From contig CATNEN010000003.1 in the NCBI GenBank assembly GCA_950097015.1, forward strand, positions 1,488,001 through 1,552,000: a DNA stretch of 64,000 nt, given 5' to 3'. The position numbers were made by a program, and so were the translations under genes. The notes below the pieces were generated by a model. That model was not told where the DNA came from. It did no database searches and saw only the letters and a list, made by a program, of their open reading frames with translations. This document shows, piece by piece, positions 38,604 to 51,900 of this stretch (positions are counted from its first letter, which is position 1; every line of letters begins with the position of its first letter). The DNA is from Macrostomum hystrix (lineage: Eukaryota > Animalia > Platyhelminthes).

Positions 38604-39282
38604 TGATCGTTCTCCTAGTTGTGAACTGTTACTGATGAGTAGTATGAAACGATTTGTTTGATTTTTGAAAATACTTCACGTAAAAAAACATAAATTGAAA
38701 GTCTGGCTTTAAAAAGGTGATATATTATAGGCATGCAAAAAGCGAATTCAACTTTCTTTACTTTGTGTTTAACGACAAGCATAACCATTTAGTAAAATCT
38801 TAAAAACAAAACACTAGCAATCAATTGACTGACTTAAATTTTGTGAATCAAGGCACAGAATTTTATAATCACATATAAATCGACAATAAAATTAGAAATT
38901 TATTAGATTCATAAATGAAGATTCAATGGTAATTGTAACTGAGACATTCACAATAGACTATTAATAAATAGTTAACGAACTATTGCACAAAATGTAACGT
39001 CAAATGGTTAGATTTTCGGCTATAAATAATCAATTGAAGCGTATGAGATATTTTTCATATAGTAAGCTTAAGAGAGTTATCTGAATAGAAAACACAAAGC
39101 CTTGAATAACAACACTTTATGTACAAATTCGCAAGATAGACTGTGCTTTTATCTGTTGAAAGAAAAGCAAACTATAAATATTATAAGATGTCTAGTTTAA
39201 AAAAACATCACAAGTAATGCTTAGCACCAAGAATAAACAGTGATTTGATGTAGCGGCAACGAGTAAATTGGTATAACATCGC

Positions 39283-39610
39283 AGGGAGGGAGGTGGGTGT
39301 AGGGCGGCGCGGAGGGAGGTGGGTGTAAGGTGGCGGGGAGAGAGATGGGTGTAACGTAGCAAGGAGGGAGGTGGGTATAAATCGTTAAGGAGGGCGGTGT
39401 AAGCGGCGGGAAGGAAGGTGGCTGTAGGGTGGAAAGGATGGAGCTGCTTGTAAGGTAGCAAGGAGGGAGGTGGGTGTAGTCGTTAGGGTCGGAAAATGGG
39501 TGCAAGGTGGCGGGGAGGGAGGTGGTTGTAAGCCGAAGTGGAGGGAGGATGGTGTAAGGCGGTGGGGAGGGAGGTGGGTGTAAGGCGGTGGGGAGGGAGG
39601 TGGGTAAAAG
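39283..39610. repeat. Degenerate G-rich repeat in the EXOC5 3'-UTR
   Basis: GGGAGGGAGGTGGGTGTAAGGCGG-like units. Confidence 0.75.
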
Positions 39611-39678
39611 GTGGCAGGTTGACGGGGTTTAAGAAAAGGAGTAGAAGAAGGTTTCGCACTGTGGCCGTCAGGGCCGTA

Positions 39679-39982
39679 TTAGATTTTCTCCAATGCTGCC
39701 TTGACCTCGGCGCTGCCGCTGTCTGACCTGAGCATGATGAAGCTCTGTTTGACCTCCCGATTAAGCGCACGCAGCGATTCTTCTTCACAGATATCGTGCA
39801 GATTGGCCGGCTGAATTACTAGCAGGTTGAGCAGTTTGCAGAGCACATCAAACAGGTCGTGCCCGTCAACTAGGAAGTGCCTGACGGGTTTCAGGCAGGC
39901 CATGTACTCGGTGAGGTCGCAAAGAGCCTGCAGTCCGCCAGATACGGAGTATTTGAATCTGTGCAGGTGCTCAACTAGACAC
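39679..39982 (-). CDS. EXOC5: EXOC5 coding exon 9 (stop)
   Basis: TTCGCAG|GTG; [21 protein letters not shown]...[10 protein letters not shown]...LRSD; TAA 39681-39679. Confidence 0.94.
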
Positions 39983-42900
39983 CTGCGAATATTACGCAGA
40001 GTTTAACTATTTATTTGGTGACTTCAAATCATACTATATGGCTGTCAACCGTAGTAACAATGTACTTTCCTTTTAAACAAACTAGTCCGACCAGAAACAG
40101 TATTGCTTAGCAACAGCTGTTTAAAATAGCAACTTTAATAACAAAAATAATACTTACGCAAGCAAACCACCTCAAGTACTTAGAAAATATCTATCTGGCC
40201 TAGGAATCATCTGGTTTCGATAGCAACCACCTAAACACTAATTGCTAATTAAAAACTTATCTATCCTAGCAATCACTTATTTATCCTAGCAACCAGTTAT
40301 CTATCCCAGCTACCAATTGGTTTCGCAGTAGTAAACCAACCTGTACAGCCGCAATCCGAGTTCGTCGCGAAACAGCTGTCCATTTTTTCCGTCCAAGAAA
40401 GACAGCCTAGAGATCACGTGACCGCTCAGATATGAGCAGACTAGCGAGCAGGCCTGGGTGGCGCCGCCGCTGATGTTGGCACCGCCGTCCGGGCCGCCAA
40501 CTGGCGGACGAAAATCGGCGGCCTTCTGCTCAGAATTGAGCAGATGGCGAACGTGGCCCACAATGGCCGCCAGGGTGCGCTCAAGGCCCTGCTGAATTTG
40601 AGCTTCCAGACCGCTGCTGATTGCCCGACGTCGCTCTTGAACCTGTCATGGATAATGAAAGAATTTTACTACAAGATAGTTACTAGACTTCCTAAGGGAT
40701 TAATTAGAGAAATGAAACTAGGATTTCCTAGATAAATTGAAGATAATTTCCTAGATAAATTGAAGATAATTTCGTAGATAAATTGAAGAAAAATTCCTAG
40801 ATAAATTGATGGAGATTTCCTAGATAAATGGAATATGATTTCTTAACAAATGGAAGGGGATTTCCTAAATAAATGGACTGGAATTTCCTATATAAATGGA
40901 CAGGGATTTCCTACATAAATGAACGAGGATTTCCTAGATAAATGGACGGGGATTTCCTACATAAATGAACGAGGATTTCCTAGATAAATGGACAGGGATT
41001 TCCTTGAGAAATTAACGGGATTTCCTAGATAAATGGACGGGGATTTCCTAGATAAATGAACGAGGATTTCCTAGATAAATGGAATGGGATTTCCATGAGA
41101 AATAAATGGGGATTTCCGAGATAAATGAACGAGGATTTCCTAGATAAATGGAATGGGATTTCCATGAGAAATATATGGGGATTTCCTAGATAAATGGACG
41201 GGAATTTCCTAGATAAATTAAATCATTTTTTCGCAGTGGAAAATGACGCCTTAGTAAAGATAACAAAGGATTTTCCAGGAAAACAGGGAAAACAAAGGGG
41301 ATTTCCCTAATAAAAAGCATTCTATTTTGAAAGGCTATTCAGGTCTCATCTCACCTGAGCCAACTGAGGCGAAGCACCACCCGGAGCAGATTTCAAAGCC
41401 GGCGCCAGAATCTCAGAATACTTGCTCTCGCACAGGTGAAATATCATATTGGCTTCGCGTACAGCTTCCAAGAAACTGAGGTTGGGCCGTTGGGCCACTT
41501 CGTCGGTTTGCGGCAGGCCCAGGGCAGCCAGGCGGAGTCCGTAGATCACGTGTTCGTCGTAGATGAATCGAAAAAATATATCGGCCAGCTCTTTGGCGCG
41601 TTGAAAAAATTCAGAACTCTGCGACAGATGACGACAGCGCGAACAGCTCTGGGACACCTCGGCCACTATGTTAGCCACGGATAGGCCGCATAGAAGGACC
41701 CGACCTGCGCCTTGCTCCTCTGACACGCCAGAGAATATATGCTGCAACAGATTGTGCGGCCCAGCCTGCTGCTGCTGCAGCACCTGACAAAGGAGGGCCG
41801 AAAAATACTAGTCTGATGAGACAATTATATATATATATGATGAGGAAACTGAGGAAATAAGTAAATGGGGAATATCTGATGGAATAATGCGAAAATATAT
41901 ACAACGGAAAGGGCGAAATCATTTATTGCAAAAAAGGTAAAAAAATTCTGACAGTCAAGTGCACAGTAAATCTGACATATCTGATGTACAAAACAGAAAA
42001 AATCTAAGGGGAAAATGGGAAATTATAATAGGGAAATGGGAAGAAATCTGATGGGATAACAAAAAACGAATGGAAAATAGGATGGAGATGAGGAAATAAG
42101 GAAATGGAAAAATGGGGAAGTAGATCTGACTGGAAAATGGGGAAGTAAATCTGACTGGAAAATGGGGAAGTAGATCTGATGGGAAAATGGGGAAGTAGAT
42201 CTGACTGGAAAATGGGGAAGTAGATCTGATGGGAAAATGGGGGAAGAAGATCTGGTGGAAAAATAGGGAAGATGGGATCGGAAAAAGGGGAGGATAGGAA
42301 TAAAAAAATGCGAATAAAATCCCATGATAAAATAAGGAAAATCTGATTCAGCAAGGGATAAATATCATAGGTAGAAAAATAAATAAATATGACTAATTTG
42401 CGAAAATGAGTACTAGAAACCGATGATTCAAGTGAAGGATAAAAAATGCTAGTCAATCAAAGCGCACCTCCTTCCGCCTAACGTGGCCCTGTTCCTCGTA
42501 ATAGTGGTCCAGGACCATCTGGCAGCGCTCAATCAGATTATCGCGTTCCAACTGAAAATAGCCAGACAAATACGGATAGAACAGGGCTTGACTGAGCTTG
42601 CCAAGATCCAAGCCTAGCTGTAGGTCTGCCAGGGCGTCACTGGCTCGCCTATTTTCCTGATGAACAGTCTCCAACGCTTTCAGGTAGGTTGTACGATCGC
42701 TTGTATCAATTTGGCGAAGACGATTGGCCACTACGTCTTTTAGGCGCTTGTTGAAGACCGCCTGCGGTTTTTGAATTTGAATTAAGGAGCCAATTAACTA
42801 GATATCTCCAGGTAGAAACTACTCCAAGATTATTATTGAACTAGAAACTTTCAGGTAACAACGAGATTCTAATGAACTAGAAATGTTCAGGTATCAACCA

Positions 42901-45900
42901 GATCCTAATGAACTAGAAATGTTCAGGTATCAACCAGATCCTAATGAACTAGAAATGTTCAGGTATCAACCAGATCCTAATGAACTAGAAATGTTCAGGT
43001 ATCAACCAGATCCTAATGAACTAGAAATGTTCAGGTAGCAACCAGATTCTAATGAACTTAAAATCTTCAGCTAGCAACCACATAATAATGAACTAGAAAT
43101 CTTCAGGTGGCAACTAAATACTAATGAACTAGAAATCTTCAGGTGGCAACCAGATACTAATGAATGTTCAGAAAGCAACCAGATACTAATGAATGTTCAG
43201 AAAGCAACCAGATACTAATGAATATTCAGGTAGCAACTAGCCACTAATGAATATTCAGGTAGCAACCAGATACTAATGAATATTCAGGTAGCACCAGATA
43301 CTAATGAACTTGAAATCTTCAGATAGCAACCAGATCCTAATGAACTAGAAATCTTCAGATAGCAACCAGATCCTAATGAACTAGAAATCTTCAGATAGCA
43401 ACAAGATCCTAATGAACTAGAAATCTTCAGATAGCAACCAGATCCTAATGAACTAGAAATCTTCAGGTAGCAACCAGATCCTAATGAACTAGAAATCTTC
43501 AGATAGCAACCAGATCCTAATGAACTAGAAATCTTCAGATAGCAACAAGATCCTAATGAACTAGAAATCTTCAGATAGCAACCAGATCCTAATGAACTAG
43601 AAATCTTCAGGTAGCAACCAGATCCTAATGAACTAGAAATCTTCAGATAGCAACCAGATCCTAATGAACTAGAAATCTTCAGATAGCAACCAGATCCTAA
43701 TGAACTAGAAATCTTCAGGTATCAACCAGATCCAAATGAACTAGAAATCTTCAGCTAGCAACCAGATCCTAATGAACTTGAAATCTTCAGCTAGCAACCA
43801 GATCCTAATGAACTAGTAATCTTCAGGTATCAACCAGATCCAAATGAACTAGAAATCTTCAGGTATCAACCAGATCCAAATGAACTAGAAATCTTCAGCT
43901 AGCAACCAGATCCTAATGAACTAGAAATCTTCAGATAGCAACCAGATCCTAATGAACTAGAAATCTTCAGATAGCAACCAGATCCTAATGAACTAGAAAT
44001 CTTCAGATAGCAACCAGATACTAATGAACTAGAAATCTTCAGATAGCAACCAGATACTAATGAACTAGAAATCTTCAGATAGCAACCAGATCCTAATGAA
44101 CTAGAAATCTTCAGGTATCAACCAGATCCAAATGAACTAGAAATCTTCAGATAGCAACCAAATCCTAATGAACTAGAAATCTTCAGATAGCAACCAGATC
44201 CTAATGAACTAGAAATCTTCAGATAGCAACCAGATCCTAATGAACTAGAAATCTTCAGATAGCAACCAGATCCTAATGAACTAGAAATCTTCAGATAGCA
44301 ACCAGATCCTAATGAACTAGAAATCTTCAGATAGCAACCAAATCCTAATGAACTAGAAATCTTCAGGTATCAACCAGATCCAAATGAACTAGAAATCTTC
44401 AGGTATCAACCAGATCCAAATGAACTAGATATCTCCAGGTAGAAACTACTCCAAGATTATTATTGAACCAGAAACTTTCAGGTAACAACGAGCTTCTAAT
44501 GAACTAGAAATGTTCAGGTATCAATCAACCAGATCCTAATGAACTAGAAATGTTCAGGTATCAACCAGATCCTAATGAACTAGAAATCTTCAGATAGCAA
44601 CCAGATCCTAATGAACTAGAAATCTTCAGGTATCAACCAGATCCAAATGAACTAGAAATCTTCAGGTATCAACCAAATCCTAATGAACTAGAAATCTTCA
44701 GATAGCAACCAGATCCTAATGAACTAGAAATCTTCAGATAGCAACCAGATCCTAATGAACTAGAAATCTTCAGATAGCAACCAGATCCTAATGAACTAGA
44801 AATCTTCAGATAGCAACCAAATCCTAATGAACTAGAAATCTTCAGGTATCAACCAGATCCAAATGAACTAGAAATCTTCAGGTATCAACCAGATCCAAAT
44901 GAACTAGAAATCTTCAGATAGCAACCAGATCCTAATGAACTAGAAATATTCAGGTATCAACCAGATCCAAATGAACTAGAAATCTTCAGGTATCAACCAG
45001 ATCCTAATGAACTAGAAATCTTCAGATAGCAACCAGATCCTAATGAACTAGAAATCTTCAGGTATCAACCAGATCCAAATGAACTAGAAATCTTCAGCTA
45101 GCAACCAGATCCTAATGAACTTGAAATCTTCAGCTAGCAACCAGATCCTAATGAACTAGAAATCTTCAGGTATCAACCAGATCCAAATGAACTAGAAATC
45201 TTCAGGTATCAACCAGATCCTAATGAACTAGAAATCTTCAGCTAGCAACCAGATCCTAATGAACTAGAAATCTTCAGATAGCAACCAGATCCTAATGAAC
45301 TAGAAATCTTCAGATAGCAACCAGATCCTAATGAACTAGAAATCTTCAGATAGCAACCAGATACTAATGAACTAGAAATCTTCAGATAGCAACCAGATCC
45401 TAATGAACTAGAAATCTTCAGGTATCAACCAGATCCAAATGAACTAGAAATCTTCAGGTATCAACCAAATCCTAATGAACTAGAAATCTTCAGATAGCAA
45501 CCAGATCCTAATGAACTAGAAATCTTCAGATAGCAACCAGATCCTAATGAACTAGAAATCTTCAGATAGCAACCAGATCCTAATGAACTAGAAATCTTCA
45601 GATAGCAACCAGATCCTAATGAACTAGAAATCTTCAGATAGCAACCAAATCCTAATGAACTAGAAATCCTCAGGTATCAACCAGATCCAAATGAACTAGA
45701 AATCTTCAGGTATCAACCAGATCCAAATGAACTAGAAATCTTCAGATAGCAACCAGATCCTAATGAACTAGAAATCTTCAGGTATCAACCAGATCCAAAT
45801 GAACTAGAAATCTACAGGTATCAACCAGATCCTAATGAAATAGAAATCTTCAGATAGCAACCAGATCCTAATGAACTAGAAATCTTCAGGTATCAATCAG

Positions 45901-48900
45901 ATCCAAATGAACTAGAAATCTTCAGCTAGCAACCAGATCCTAATGAACTTGAAATCTTCAGCTAGCAACCAGATCCTAATGAACTAGAAATCTTCAGGTA
46001 TCAACCAGATCCAAATGAACTAGAAATCTTCAGGTATCAACCAGATCCAAATGAACTAGAAATCTTCAGCTAGCAACCAGATCCTAATGAACTAGAAATC
46101 TTCAGATAGCAACCAGATCCTAATGAACTAGAAATCTTCAGATAGCAACCAGATCCTAATGAACTAGAAATCTTCAGATAGCAACCAGATCCTAATGAAC
46201 TAGAAATCTTCAGATAGCAACCAGATCCTAATGAACTAGAAATCTTCAGAAAGCAACCAGATCCTAATGAACTAGAAATCTTCAGCTAGCAACCAGATCC
46301 TAATGAACTAGAAATCTTCAGATAGCAACCAGATCCTAATGAACTAGAAATCTTCAGGTATCAACCAGATCCTAATGAACTAGAAATCTTCAGCTAGCAA
46401 CCAGATCCAAATGAACTAGAAATCTTCAGATAGCAACCAGATCCTAATGAACTTGAAATCTTCAGCTAGCAACCAGATCCTAATGAACTTGAAATGTTCA
46501 GGTAGCAACCAGATCCTAATGAACTAGAAATCTTCAGCTAGCAACCAGATCCAAATGAACTAGAAATGTTCAGCTAGCAACCAGATCCTAATGAACTAGA
46601 AATATTCAGGTAGCAACCAGATCCCAATGAACTTGAAATCTTCAGCTAGCAACCAGATCCTATTGAACTTGAAATCTTCAGCTAGCAACCAGATCCTAAT
46701 GAACTAGAAATGTTCAGCTAGCAACCAGATCCTAATGAACTAGAAATCCAGATCCTAATGAACTATAATTCTTCAGGTGGCAACCAGATACTAATGAACT
46801 ATAAATCTTCAGGTGGCAACCAGATACTAATGAACTAGAAATCTTCAGCTAGCAACCACATATAAATGAACTAGAAATCTTCAGGTGGCAACCAGATACT
46901 AATGAACTAGAAATCTTCAGCTAGCAACCACATATAAATGAACTAGAAATCTTCAGGTGGCAACCAGATACTAATGAACTAGAAATCTTCAGCTAGCAAC
47001 CACATATAAATGAACTAGAAATCTTCAGGTGGCAACCAGATACTAATGAACTAGAAATCTTCAGCTAGCAACCACATATTAATGAACTATAAATGTTCAG
47101 GTAGCAACCAGATTCTAATGAATATTCAGGTAGCACCAGATACTAATGAATATTCAGGTAGCAACCAGATCCTAATGAATATTCAGGTAGCACCAGATCC
47201 AAATGAACTAGAAATCTTCAGATAGCAATTAGATCCTAATGAACTAGAAATCTTCAGATAGCAACCAGATCCAAATGAACTAGAAATCTTCAGCTAGCAA
47301 CCAGATCCTAATGAACTTGAAATCTTCAGCTAGCAAGCAGATCCTAATGAACTAGAAATCTTCAGATAGCAACCAGATCCTAATGAACTAGAAATCTTCA
47401 GATAGCAACCAGATCCAAATGAACTAGAAATCTTCAGATAGCAACCAGATCCTAATGAACTAGAAATCTTCAGATAGCAACCAGATCCAAATGAACTAGA
47501 AATCTTCAGATAGCAACCAGATCCAAATGAACTAGAAATCTTCAGATAGCAACCAGATCCAAATGAACTAGAAATCTTCAGATAGCAACCAGATCCTAAT
47601 GAACTAGAAATCTTCAGATAGCAACCAGATCCAAATGAACTAGACATCTTCAGATAGCAACCAGATCCTAATGAACTAGAAATCTTCAGATAGCAACCAG
47701 ATCCAAATGAACTAGAAATCTTCAGATAGCAACCAGATCCAAATGAACTAGAAATCTTCAGATAGCAACCAGATCCAAATGAACTAGAAATCTTCAGATA
47801 GCAACCAGATCCAAATGAACTAGAAATCTTCAGATAGCAACCAGATCCTAATGAACTAGAAATCTTCAGATAGCAACCAGATCCAAATGAACTAGAAATC
47901 TTCAGATAGCAACCAGATCCAAATGAACTAGACATCTTCAGATAGCAACCAGATCCTAATGAACTAGAAATCTTCAGATAGCAACCAGATCCAAATGAAC
48001 TAGAAATCTTCAGATAGCAACCAGATCCAAATGAACTAGAAATCTTCAGATAGCAACCAGATCCAAATGAACTAGAAATCTTCAGATAGCAACCAGATCC
48101 AAATGAACTAGAAATCTTCAGATAGCAACCAGATCCAAATGAACTAGAAATCTTCAGATAGCAACCAGATCCAAATGAACTAGAAATCTTCAGATAGCAA
48201 CCAGATCCAAATGAACTAGACATCTTCAGATAGCAACCAGATCCTAATGAACTAGAAATCTTCAGATAGCAACCAGATCCAAATGAACTAGAAATCTTCA
48301 GATAGCAACCAGATCCAAATGAACTAGAAATCTTCAGATAGCAACCAGATCCTAATGAACTAGAAATCTTCAGATAGCAACCAGATCCAAATGAACTAGA
48401 CATCTTCAGATAGCAACCAGATCCTAATGAACTAGAAATCTTCAGATAGCAACCAGATCCTAATGAACTAGAAATCTTCAGATAGCAACCAGATCCAAAT
48501 GAACTAGAAATCTTCAGCTAGCAACCAGATCCTAATGAACTAGAAATCTTCAGATAGCAACCAGATCCTAATGAACTAGAAATCTTCAGGTATCAACCAG
48601 ATCCTAATGAACTAGAAATCTTCAGCTAGCAACCAGATCCAAATGAACTAGAAATCTTCAGATAGCAACCAGATCCTAATGAACTTGAAATCTTCAGCTA
48701 GCAACCAGATCCTAATGAACTTGAAATGTTCAGGTAGCAACCAGATCCTAATGAACTAGAAATCTTCAGCTAGCAACCAGATCCAAATGAACTAGAAATG
48801 TTCAGCTAGCAACCAGATCCTAATGAACTAGAAATATTCAGGTAGCAACCAGATCCCAATGAACTTGAAATCTTCAGCTAGCAACCAGATCCTAATGAAC

Positions 48901-51900
48901 TTGAAATCTTCAGCTAGCAACCAGATCCTAATGAACTAGAAATGTTCAGCTAGCAACCAGATCCTAATGAACTAGAAATCCAGATCCTAATGAACTATAA
49001 TTCTTCAGGTGGCAACCAGATACTAATGAACTATAAATCTTCAGGTGGCAACCAGATACTAATGAACTAGAAATCTTCAGCTAGCAACCACATATAAATG
49101 AACTAGAAATCTTCAGGTGGCAACCAGATACTAATGAACTAGAAATCTTCAGCTAGCAACCACATATTAATGAACTATAAATGTTCAGGTAGCAACCAGA
49201 TTCTAATGAATATTCAGGTAGCACCAGATACTAATGAATATTCAGGTAGCAACCAGATCCTAATGAATATTCAGGTAGCACCAGATCCAAATGAACTAGA
49301 AATCTTCAGATAGCAATTAGATCCTAATGAACTAGAAATCTTCAGATAGCAACCAGATCCAAATGAACTAGAAATCTTCAGCTAGCAACCAGATCCTAAT
49401 GAACTTGAAATCTTCAGCTAGCAAGCAGATCCTAATGAACTAGAAATCTTCAGATAGCAACCAGATCCTAATGAACTAGAAATCTTCAGATAGCAACCAG
49501 ATCCAAATGAACTAGAAATCTTCAGATAGCAACCAGATCCTAATGAACTAGAAATCTTCAGATAGCAACCAGATCCAAATGAACTAGAAATCTTCAGATA
49601 GCAACCAGATCCAAATGAACTAGAAATCTTCAGATAGCAACCAGATCCAAATGAACTAGAAATCTTCAGATAGCAACCAGATCCTAATGAACTAGAAATC
49701 TTCAGATAGCAACCAGATCCAAATGAACTAGACATCTTCAGATAGCAACCAGATCCTAATGAACTAGAAATCTTCAGATAGCAACCAGATCCAAATGAAC
49801 TAGAAATCTTCAGATAGCAACCAGATCCAAATGAACTAGAAATCTTCAGATAGCAACCAGATCCAAATGAACTAGAAATCTTCAGATAGCAACCAGATCC
49901 AAATGAACTAGAAATCTTCAGATAGCAACCAGATCCTAATGAACTAGAAATCTTCAGATAGCAACCAGATCCAAATGAACTAGAAATCTTCAGATAGCAA
50001 CCAGATCCAAATGAACTAGACATCTTCAGATAGCAACCAGATCCTAATGAACTAGAAATCTTCAGATAGCAACCAGATCCAAATGAACTAGAAATCTTCA
50101 GATAGCAACCAGATCCAAATGAACTAGAAATCTTCAGATAGCAACCAGATCCAAATGAACTAGAAATCTTCAGATAGCAACCAGATCCAAATGAACTAGA
50201 AATCTTCAGATAGCAACCAGATCCAAATGAACTAGAAATCTTCAGATAGCAACCAGATCCAAATGAACTAGAAATCTTCAGATAGCAACCAGATCCAAAT
50301 GAACTAGACATCTTCAGATAGCAACCAGATCCTAATGAACTAGAAATCTTCAGATAGCAACCAGATCCAAATGAACTAGAAATCTTCAGATAGCAACCAG
50401 ATCCAAATGAACTAGAAATCTTCAGATAGCAACCAGATCCTAAATGAACTAGAAATCTTCAGATAGCAACCAGATCCAAATGAACTAGAAATCTTCAGAT
50501 AGCAACCAGATCCTAATGAACTAGAAATCTTCAGATAGCAACCAGATCCAAATGAACTAGAAATCTTCAGATAGCAACCAGATCCAAATGAACTAGAAAT
50601 CTTCAGATAGCAACCAGATCCTAATGAACTAGAAATCTTCAGATAGCAACCAGATCCAAATGAACTAGAAATCTTCAGATAGCAACCAGATCCAATGAAC
50701 TAGAAATCTTCAGATAGCAACCAGATCCTAATGAACTAGAAATCTTCAGATAGCAACCAGATCCAAATGAACTAGACATCTTCAGATAGCAACCAGATCC
50801 TAATGAACTAGAAATCTTCAGATAGCAACCAGATCCAAATGAACTAGAAATCTTCAGATAGCAACCAGATCCAAATGAACTAGAAATCTTCAGATAGCAA
50901 CCAGATCCAAATGAACTAGAAATCTTCAGATAGCAACCAGATCCAAATGAACTAGAAATCTTCAGATAGCAACCAGATCCTAATGAACTAGAAATCTTCA
51001 GATAGCAACCAGATCCAAATGAACTAGAAATCTTCAGATAGCAACCAGATCCAAATGAACTAGACATCTTCAGATAGCAACCAGATCCTAATGAACTAGA
51101 AATCTTCAGATAGCAACCAGATCCAAATGAACTAGAAATCTTCAGATAGCAACCAGATCCAAATGAACTAGAAATCTTCAGATAGCAACCAGATCCAAAT
51201 GAACTAGAAATCTTCAGATAGCAACCAGATCCAAATGAACTAGACATCTTCAGATAGCAACCAGATCCTAATGAACTAGAAATCTTCAGATAGCAACCAG
51301 ATCCAAATGAACTAGAAATCTTCAGATAGCAACCAGATCCAAATGAACTAGAAATCTTCAGATAGCAACCAGATCCTAATGAACTAGAAATCTTCAGATA
51401 GCAACCAGATCCTAATGAACTAGAAATCTTCAGATAGCAACCAAATCCTAATGAACTAGAAATCTTCAGATAGCAACCAGATCCTAATGAACTAGAAATC
51501 TTCAGCTAGCAACCAGATCCAAATAAACTAGAAATCTTTAGCCTTAAAATATATAAAATCACCAACCTGAACATAGTCGCACATCACGGATTCCGAATTG
51601 GAAAATATCAGTCTAGCAGATTCCATAGTCTTGGTAACTGACTGGCGCAAGTCTTTGTGTACATCGGAGTCAAGGTAGGGCAACGTCTTCAAGCTCTCAG
51701 CTACGAATAGTTCAGCACATCTGGCATTGGATTTAAATGTGGCCAAAATGACTGACAGCTTGTAACAGTAATTATAATCTTTGCCGACAAAAGCGGTTTC
51801 AAATTCCTTGTAGAGAAAGTCGTCAACCTTTTTGTATTGCTCTGGAAAAAAGCAAAGTTATCAAGTTCTCGCTGGCTTTTGTGAGTCCTATGAAGTAAAA

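Noticed and set aside
38625-38665. Minimal hammerhead ribozyme core CTGATGA...GAAAC
   Set aside because: Stems I and III cannot be paired convincingly.
47330-51247. Long ([12 protein letters not shown])n ORFs
   Set aside because: Stop-free reading of a 36-bp unit inside EXOC5 intron 5. Exons 5 and 6 join in frame without it, and indels near 50443 and 50694 break the frame.
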